Origin: a virus
Lineage: Duplodnaviria; Caudoviricetes
Length of the DNA stretch: 25,642 nt
Reading direction: 5' to 3' (one strand)
Virus record (IMG/VR): IMGVR_UViG_3300020530_000028
Coordinates: 1 to 25,642 of that record
Below, one piece after another: positions 15,766 through 22,958 of this stretch; the stretch's first letter is position 1; every line of letters starts with the position of its first letter. Under the pieces are notes generated by a model. It saw only the letters and a list, made by a program, of their open reading frames with translations, had not been told where the DNA came from and did no database searches. A program made the position numbers and the translations under genes.

Positions 15766-17600
15766 TGGCAACAAACGCTAACGCTCTGAATGTGGTTGGA
15801 CTAGATTTTAGCGAGGCAAAGGCTTCTCTAAAGGCTTTTCTCGAATCGCAAGACACACTCAAAGACTATAATTTCAATGGCTCTGTATTGAGCACCATTT
15901 TGGATGTCATGGCATACAACACCCACTATCAAGGGTTCTATGCCAACATGGTAGCCAACGAAATGTTCTTGGACAGTGCAGTACTGCGTCCGTCGATTGC
16001 GTCTCATGCCAAGCAGTTGGGCTACACTCCACAGTCGGCTCGTGCAGCAAAGGCTACTCTAACCGTTCCTATTTCAAGCGGATCTTCAACCACAGACACT
16101 TACTTGGCTCGTGGAACTGAATTTACGGGAACCGATCCCGAAGGCAGTCAATACAAGTTTATACTATTGGAAAATGCCTACGCAGACACAACAACCAACA
16201 GTTTTGAAGAGGTAGATGTTTACGAGGGCAGTTTGCGTCGTGTTAGTTATGTGTACGACCGCAATCGTAAAGACCTTTCGGTTTTGCTTATTCCTAACGA
16301 TAAGGTTGATACCACAACCATCCGTGTTCGCGTTCAGGCTTCTGTGACTGATTCAACAGGCTCGTCTAGTGTGTGGAGTGAGGCTGCGTCTTATGTAAAT
16401 CTGACTCCAACCTCAAAGGTGTTTTTCCTGCAAGAAAAGGAAAAAGGACTGTATGAACTGTATTTTGGTGACGGTTTCTTGGGACAAGAACCTGAAACTG
16501 GAAACCTGATTTCAATTGAATATCTTGAAACCAATGGAGCAGCGGCTAATGGAATAAGCGATTTTACTTCTGCTGTTAGTGGACTTGGCACCGTTGAAAC
16601 TGTTTCTGAATCGGCTGGTGGTGGAGACGCAGAAACATCCGTTCGTATCAAGTTCATGGCTCCCAAATACTACAAGTCACAGAGTCGTGCAGTAACCGAA
16701 AACGATTACATTACCGCAGTTAATCGGTACTATCCCGATGCTGCGTCTGTGTATGTGTACGGAGGAGAAACTGTTACGCCACCACAGTACGGCAAAGTGT
16801 TTATTGCTATTCGCCCCACCTCGGGACAGGCATTAAGCACAAGCGAAAAAGAAAGTCTAGTCAGAAATTTGCGTAACAATGCGTCTGTGGTCAGCATTAT
16901 TCCTGAAATAGTAGACACCGATTATTTGGATTTGGTTGTTGACAGTAAGATTACCTACAATCCGTCTGCCCTGAACATTAGTGCAGGAACACTTAAAGCA
17001 CTTGCGGTTGCGTATGCGTTTTCGTATTCTAATATCCAATTGAATTCGTTTGGTTCTAATTTTTATTACTCTGCTTTTATCAAAGGAATAAGTGATCTAC
17101 ACCCGTCCATTTTGAGCAACCAAACCACGGTTAAATTGCGAAAAACAGTAGAGGTGGGGCGAATTGTTTCTTCTAAAGGACTAGTGATTGATTTCGGAAA
17201 CTCGCTGTATCATCCACACGACGGACACATTTCCATTTTGTCTTCTAACATGTTCCCCCACAAAAACTATGACGGAACCACTGTTTACAACTGCACACTA
17301 GAAGACGACGGCTACGGGGTTCTTAATGTGGTCAAGTACGAAACTAGTGGAGCCAAAACTGTGGTTCTAAAAGGCGTAGGCACAATAGAGTATTCTACAG
17401 GAATAATCAGACTCAATTCAAAGTTTGTTCCACAGATTGCAGAAGGAATTGTTTACGGAATCACCGTAACTGTTCAACCACAAAACCAAGACTTATATGT
17501 AAAAGAGAACAGAATTATCCGAATCAATCGCGGTTATTCTGATTCTGTTTCAGTTTCTCTGTCTTCGGAAACAGTTTCACGAGCAGCGGCTATCTCATAA
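15765..17600 (+). CDS. gp6: Baseplate wedge subunit, T4 gp6-like
   Basis: LDF...K.SLK.FL..Q....DYNF.GS.LS.ILDV.AYNTHY, NEMFLDSA.LR.S..SHAK.LGY.P.S, YELYFGDG..G, QSRAVT..DY, PPQYGKVFI. Confidence 0.95.
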   Translation: MATNANALNVVGLDFSEAKASLKAFLESQDTLKDYNFNGSVLSTILDVMAYNTHYQGFYANMVANEMFLDSAVLRPSIASHAKQLGYTPQSARAAKATLTVPISSGSSTTDTYLARGTEFTGTDPEGSQYKFILLENAYADTTTNSFEEVDVYEGSLRRVSYVYDRNRKDLSVLLIPNDKVDTTTIRVRVQASVTDSTGSSSVWSEAASYVNLTPTSKVFFLQEKEKGLYELYFGDGFLGQEPETGNLISIEYLETNGAAANGISDFTSAVSGLGTVETVSESAGGGDAETSVRIKFMAPKYYKSQSRAVTENDYITAVNRYYPDAASVYVYGGETVTPPQYGKVFIAIRPTSGQALSTSEKESLVRNLRNNASVVSIIPEIVDTDYLDLVVDSKITYNPSALNISAGTLKALAVAYAFSYSNIQLNSFGSNFYYSAFIKGISDLHPSILSNQTTVKLRKTVEVGRIVSSKGLVIDFGNSLYHPHDGHISILSSNMFPHKNYDGTTVYNCTLEDDGYGVLNVVKYETSGAKTVVLKGVGTIEYSTGIIRLNSKFVPQIAEGIVYGITVTVQPQNQDLYVKENRIIRINRGYSDSVSVSLSSETVSRAAAIS

Positions 17601-17603
17601 CAC

Positions 17604-20600
17604 ATGATTGACCTGAAAAACATTATAATCAACACGCCCACCGAGGCACTTGAAAAGGTTATTGCTCCTTTTATTGAGGAGCAGTTTCCTTCGTTTATGC
17701 GTCGTGACTACAGAAAACTAGTCATGTTCATAAAGGCGTATTACGAGTGGATGGACAAGCAGGGAAATCCTGGGTTTGTGGTATCAAACCTGTCTTCGGT
17801 TTACGATATAGACAGGAGTTTGGAAGAATACTATTCACATTTCAAGAACACCTATCTTGACGGATTTCCTGATGTGTTGGCTACCAATACAAGCGGCAGA
17901 AAACCAAACAAGAACACTCTTCTCAAACAAATTCGTGACTTTTACGGTAACAAAGGCACAGAGAATGCGTACAAGTTCTTGTTCCGAGTACTGTACGACA
18001 GCGATGTTGACTTCTACTATCCAAAAGAGGATGTGCTGAAAACATCTGACGGTCGGTGGATTGAAAAGGTTTCGCTAAAAACCACATCGTCCAACGGCTC
18101 AACGCTGTTTTCTGCAAAAGGACAAAGCGTATACCAGTACATTGGAAACCAATTGGTGGCTTCTGCTGAAGTGGATTCGGTGGTTCAGTACAATCAAGAC
18201 GGTTACGAGATCACAGAATTTTTCTTGAACAACTTGGTTGGCAATTTTGTGTCTACTGTTCCTGTTACTTTTATAGTAGACGGACAACAGTATCAAGAAA
18301 CAGTTTTTAGCGTATTGTCTGACTTCTTTATCCAAACACCTGGGTCAGATTTCCGCGTTGGAGACGAAATTTACATTACCGATGACAAGGGTATAGGCTT
18401 TTCTGCGTTTATTGAGCAGACAGGTCTTGGTGGAACCATTAAAAAGATCGGTGTAAAGAATTCAGGCATCAACTACTTTAATACAGTCACGGTGTCGTTT
18501 ATTAGCCAAACAGGCAACTTGAGTTCGGCTGTGGTGTTTGCCCGTCCCACAGCAGTTACTCGTTACCCTGGATACTATTCCAACAACAGCGGAAAACTGT
18601 CGTCCACCAAAAAGATTCAAGACGGACACTACTACCAAGACTTTTCGTATGAACTAAAGTCTGCGGTAAGCCTAGACACCTATTTCTCTGTGCTGAAAGA
18701 CCTGATTCATCCCGCAGGAATGCGGATGTTTGGTTCTATTTTGGTGAATGACGCTCTGCAAAACACACCAAATACTTCTGCACAAGGCACATTTTTCCGC
18801 GATCCAATTATTGGAAACTATACACCGTACACTAGCGGAACCACTCTTGATCTGCGAGCAAACGGTCTGACAGGTGGGGGTGGTTGGTGTGGAGCCGAAG
18901 GCGACCTGTACCCGTTGGGCTACAATCCGTATATTGGCAGCACTAGCGAAGTTGGCCCTAGCGGAAAAACTGCTCCACTTGGAACTCTATTTTACGGCAC
19001 TTCTTTGGGCTACACATACTGTATCGTGCCTGAAGGGGGCAAAACTGCTCACGATCCGCTTGGTGCTCCACTAGGCAGTACAACTGCATGGTTTAACGGC
19101 AAAGAAACTGCTCTGACACCTGAAGGCATGCGTGGGCTAGTGCTGTGGCTGAAGCCTGAAAATATTGGTGTGTGTGGTGCGGTTGCCAATGGAGCCAGTG
19201 TGGATGTGTGGCGAGATGCGTCACCGTCTCGCAACCATGCCGTTCCGCCCACATGGGACAAGTGGAACGGTGTTTCTGACATATGGACAAACGCATCTGC
19301 TACTGCTTGGACTAGAAGTGTTCACGATGCCACAAACCCAATTACCAAACTTTCGTTTTTGCTGAACGGAAAATGTGGTGGATTTACAACGGATCGTCTT
19401 TTTATGGCTGGATTGAATAGTGATCCTGCCACAAACGCTAGTTTTACAAGTATTGATTATGCCATTTACTCGTATGGACCATTTTTAGGAGGTTTAGCAA
19501 GCAGAAGACTGATTGCTTATGAAAGTAATAAGCAAGGACCAGACCTTGTTACTGCCAGTGCAGACTCTTCGTTTCACGACAATACTGTATGCGAAATTGA
19601 GTACGCAGAACCCAACATTGTGTATCGTGTAAACGGAGTTTCGTATAGAACAGTATACGCTGGATACGGACTAACTTTCTACGCTGATACTTCTGGATAT
19701 AGCGGAGCAGGCACATCCATCAAAATTTTGGAAATGTCGTATAAAGGCACACCTGTTGTGCCGTCGTGGGTGGTTACTGGTTCGGGCATAACCGTTGAAA
19801 ATTACGCAGGACTCACAGTAGATAAACTTCGACCAACCCTACAAACTGCCGCAGCAGGTGGTGCTACTGGAATTTCTTTCAACGGTGGATTAGTATTTTC
19901 TCCACAAACAACTTACGGTGGAATTAGCCTTGCTCAAGGTATTTCTATGGGGTTCACAGCAGCAGGCAGTAGCGCAGAAAAATTGATGAATGGTCAGCAC
20001 ATGTATCTTAAGCGTCCTCTAAAAATCACAGATGATGCAGATATTTTTATAGTCTATAAAACCACATTAGAGGGTGTTAGTTACGGTTACGGTTTGCTTG
20101 CATCCAGAAACAGCAATGCTATTGGAAATAATTTGCGAATGGATTCTGTGTTGTTTAGCCGTTCATATAACTCACTAGACAGAAATCCGTCAGTACAGAA
20201 CTCTTCGTATTATTCCGTTCTGCCAAACGGAACACTATTTTATCCAGGAGCGTCTTTGCCGCCTGCTGGATTGGTTGGTTTCCGACCACAAGGCGATACT
20301 GACGGAGCATTGCAGAATTTTATAGCATACGATCCTCATGTGTCTGGTGTGTGTATGGGAATTTGTGTGGGAGAAGCAAGACGAGATTCTTCTAACAGAA
20401 TTGAATCTTTCCTTAATGGCGACATTGCTACAAATCAATCGCCAACAACTGGAAGAAGTATTATTTCTTTGACTGCACCACAATCTGACAATTTTATTGT
20501 CACTAAAAACTTGGTGTACAGTTTTGATCCAGGAAAAACTGCGTGTCTTGATAAATTTGTGTTGTCTAAAAATAAAAATTTGTTAGACCCGTACCCTCTA

Positions 20601-22388
20601 ACAGAAACTTCAATAGATGTGTTGGCTCCATTGAGTCCGTCTATGTTTAGGCGTGACGGAACCACAGTTGTTCCTGCTGTTACACGAGTAACACAAGACG
20701 GTGGAGCAAATTTAGGTTCAGATGAAGTTTATGAATTTATACCATCATCCAGTAAAAATGTTTACATAAATACTCCTTCTGCTTGGAGAAATGCTTCTTT
20801 GCTTTCTACCACTTGGACATTTACTGCCACTATTCGTAAAGAAGATGGATCTGCTATTACTTCTGCAAATGTTTACATTTACGGTTTGGGTTCTAACGAT
20901 TCAGCAGCAGGAACCATTGAAAATCTTGGAAACGGTTGGTATAAAGTGACACGAACTAAAACAGGAACAACACCAACCAATGTTACTCTTGTTGGGTTGA
21001 CTGGACTTGCAGACGGAGTAAAGTATAGAATTGGGCGTATTGGACTGTATCCTTTCCCTGCAACAAGTGATATTAGTGGAGTTGGATTGCGGTCGTCGTA
21101 TCCAACAGGTTATACTCGCTTCGGAACCGCTTTAAATAATGAAGTTGGATACCGAAATGGACCTTGGGGAAAGCAACAAATTGTTTGGCAAGCACTTAAT
21201 TTTTCTACTATTAATACTAACGCTTCGTTTAATGGTAATGGTGGTTTTTATGCCCCTGCTGTACCAATTGACAGCATAAAATTGTATAGATTTTCTGTGT
21301 GGGTAAATCGTGCCGTGGCTGGAAACGGTAATGTTTATTTTGGAAACAACGAATCTTCATATGAGAGGTCTAACGGATCGTCCACTACTAATCCGTATTT
21401 TTCTTCTAATGGGTCTACATCTTTACCGTATGATGGAAAACAAAACCAATGGGTTTTGTTGGTTGGACACATCCATCCTTCAGGAAGTGCTTCTGGAGCA
21501 AACCATCCAAACAGCGGATTCTATACTGTTGGAAGTGGTACAACATACGCATCACTTTCAGAGGGAGATAAAATATGGCAAAGTGGTACATCTTCTACCG
21601 TTTTGAGAACATTTTTGTACGGTAGCAGTATCCCAGGAACTTTGGTGTATTTTGCACAACCAAGAATTGATTTGATTGACGGTAACGAAGTGTCTATTGA
21701 AGAATTAACAAACAATATACCAAATACGGTTTACGATTTGAGCGCATCAGGAAATATTTCTGAAGTATACGATTATGTTGGCTATTCGTCTTCAGACGGA
21801 AACGGATCTGCTGTGTTTGACGCGAAAGGTGGTTTAATTACTAGCAAGAATGGACTTAATCTTGGTGACAGTGGAAACAGTACATGGGAGGCGTGGATTA
21901 AACCAGCATTAGGAAATGTAACAGCAAAAACTAATTACATGTATATGGGAGCAGGCGGTCGTCCGTTCTTTAACGCTCCATCAGGAGACAGAAGAGCGAG
22001 TTGGATATTACGACTAGGAACAACATCTTATGGTATTAACTCGCCTGTTGGTAGTGTGCCTGCTGGTGTGTGGAGTAATGTGGTGTGTGTTGCCCAGTAT
22101 GACGGATCATATACCACAATGAAAATGTACATAAACGGCAATTTGGTAGAATCTCAAAAATTTAGCGGAAAACAAACTTATGATGTTTCTAATCCTTTCT
22201 TGACTATAGGTGATAGAAGACCAGCACAAAACCAATCAGACTATCCAGGAAGGCGATCCGTTGATGGTTTAGGATTTAATTGGGGATATGAGGGGTCTGT
22301 TTCTTGTGTTCGCGTGTATTCGCGTGCTCTTAATGATTTAGAAATTAGACAAAACTTCAATTCGTTAAGAAACCGATTTGGTGTGTAA
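17604..22388 (+). CDS. gp7: Baseplate wedge initiator, gp7-like, with a long C-terminal array of LamG/CBM-like modules
   Basis: Between gp6 and gp8. N-terminal EQFP.F...Y...V.FIKAYYEW, IRDFY..KGT, YPKE.VLKTSDG.W, IQDGHYYQDFSY, LIHPAGM.MFG; C-terminal LamG motifs STWEAWIKP, KMYING, VRVYSRAL...EI.QNF. Confidence 0.8.
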   Translation: MIDLKNIIINTPTEALEKVIAPFIEEQFPSFMRRDYRKLVMFIKAYYEWMDKQGNPGFVVSNLSSVYDIDRSLEEYYSHFKNTYLDGFPDVLATNTSGRKPNKNTLLKQIRDFYGNKGTENAYKFLFRVLYDSDVDFYYPKEDVLKTSDGRWIEKVSLKTTSSNGSTLFSAKGQSVYQYIGNQLVASAEVDSVVQYNQDGYEITEFFLNNLVGNFVSTVPVTFIVDGQQYQETVFSVLSDFFIQTPGSDFRVGDEIYITDDKGIGFSAFIEQTGLGGTIKKIGVKNSGINYFNTVTVSFISQTGNLSSAVVFARPTAVTRYPGYYSNNSGKLSSTKKIQDGHYYQDFSYELKSAVSLDTYFSVLKDLIHPAGMRMFGSILVNDALQNTPNTSAQGTFFRDPIIGNYTPYTSGTTLDLRANGLTGGGGWCGAEGDLYPLGYNPYIGSTSEVGPSGKTAPLGTLFYGTSLGYTYCIVPEGGKTAHDPLGAPLGSTTAWFNGKETALTPEGMRGLVLWLKPENIGVCGAVANGASVDVWRDASPSRNHAVPPTWDKWNGVSDIWTNASATAWTRSVHDATNPITKLSFLLNGKCGGFTTDRLFMAGLNSDPATNASFTSIDYAIYSYGPFLGGLASRRLIAYESNKQGPDLVTASADSSFHDNTVCEIEYAEPNIVYRVNGVSYRTVYAGYGLTFYADTSGYSGAGTSIKILEMSYKGTPVVPSWVVTGSGITVENYAGLTVDKLRPTLQTAAAGGATGISFNGGLVFSPQTTYGGISLAQGISMGFTAAGSSAEKLMNGQHMYLKRPLKITDDADIFIVYKTTLEGVSYGYGLLASRNSNAIGNNLRMDSVLFSRSYNSLDRNPSVQNSSYYSVLPNGTLFYPGASLPPAGLVGFRPQGDTDGALQNFIAYDPHVSGVCMGICVGEARRDSSNRIESFLNGDIATNQSPTTGRSIISLTAPQSDNFIVTKNLVYSFDPGKTACLDKFVLSKNKNLLDPYPLTETSIDVLAPLSPSMFRRDGTTVVPAVTRVTQDGGANLGSDEVYEFIPSSSKNVYINTPSAWRNASLLSTTWTFTATIRKEDGSAITSANVYIYGLGSNDSAAGTIENLGNGWYKVTRTKTGTTPTNVTLVGLTGLADGVKYRIGRIGLYPFPATSDISGVGLRSSYPTGYTRFGTALNNEVGYRNGPWGKQQIVWQALNFSTINTNASFNGNGGFYAPAVPIDSIKLYRFSVWVNRAVAGNGNVYFGNNESSYERSNGSSTTNPYFSSNGSTSLPYDGKQNQWVLLVGHIHPSGSASGANHPNSGFYTVGSGTTYASLSEGDKIWQSGTSSTVLRTFLYGSSIPGTLVYFAQPRIDLIDGNEVSIEELTNNIPNTVYDLSASGNISEVYDYVGYSSSDGNGSAVFDAKGGLITSKNGLNLGDSGNSTWEAWIKPALGNVTAKTNYMYMGAGGRPFFNAPSGDRRASWILRLGTTSYGINSPVGSVPAGVWSNVVCVAQYDGSYTTMKMYINGNLVESQKFSGKQTYDVSNPFLTIGDRRPAQNQSDYPGRRSVDGLGFNWGYEGSVSCVRVYSRALNDLEIRQNFNSLRNRFGV

Positions 22389-22403
22389 GAAAGAGGTAAT
22401 TTA

Positions 22404-22946
22404 ATGGCAGATGAAACATTTTTACCGCAACAAGAAGATTTTTTTGCTTCCAATCCAGAGCAATTTAACTCATCAGATATATTATTGGGAAGAATTGGAG
22501 TTAATGTTAGTTCTGGTGCTACAGGCACAGGAGCGGTCGGATCATCGTCTTGGATCACATCAGTTCAGACCAATACTCCTTCGTATTCGTTTGGTGGAGT
22601 TATTAGCGAAATAATTGTATTTGATCGTAAACTTCAAGAAGAAGAAAGACAACAGGTTTACGGATATCTGTCAAGAAAATATAATTTAGACTCTAAACTT
22701 CCAGATTCGTTTTATTTGTCTCACCCAAGCGGTTACGAAAAGGGGCTAACCTATTGGAGTATTGCTCACCACCCCAATTCCAAAGACCTGCTAACCATTC
22801 CTGATGGTATGTCGTTTGCAGGCATAACCATTACCAATTTCTTAAACATGCCCGAAACGGTTTACAAGTCTAAGGGTACAGTCTTGTCGGGAGGAACGGT
22901 GTTGTCGGGCGATACATATGATTACTTGGAAAACACTGGTGCGTAA
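22404..22946 (+). CDS. Detached C-terminal part of the gp7-like protein (carries the last strands of a LamG-like domain)
   Basis: 180 aa, AGAGGT RBS; ILLGRIG...FGGVISEIIVFDRKL..EERQQVYGYLSRKY is a LamG-like C-terminal signature with no matching N-terminal half in this ORF. Confidence 0.75.
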   Translation: MADETFLPQQEDFFASNPEQFNSSDILLGRIGVNVSSGATGTGAVGSSSWITSVQTNTPSYSFGGVISEIIVFDRKLQEEERQQVYGYLSRKYNLDSKLPDSFYLSHPSGYEKGLTYWSIAHHPNSKDLLTIPDGMSFAGITITNFLNMPETVYKSKGTVLSGGTVLSGDTYDYLENTGA

Positions 22947-22958
22947 AACGGAGATCCT

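Noticed and set aside
22437-22448. Second GAT TTT TTT run near the start of the 180-aa gene
   Set aside because: The zero frame carries the conserved LamG-like motifs; the -1 frame hits TAA within a few codons.
17604-22946. Intron, intein or DGR as the cause of the gp7 interruption
   Set aside because: The insert is open coding sequence for adhesin-like domains; I see no intein termini or LAGLIDADG/HNH motifs, no reverse transcriptase, and no adenine-variant repeat pair in the window.
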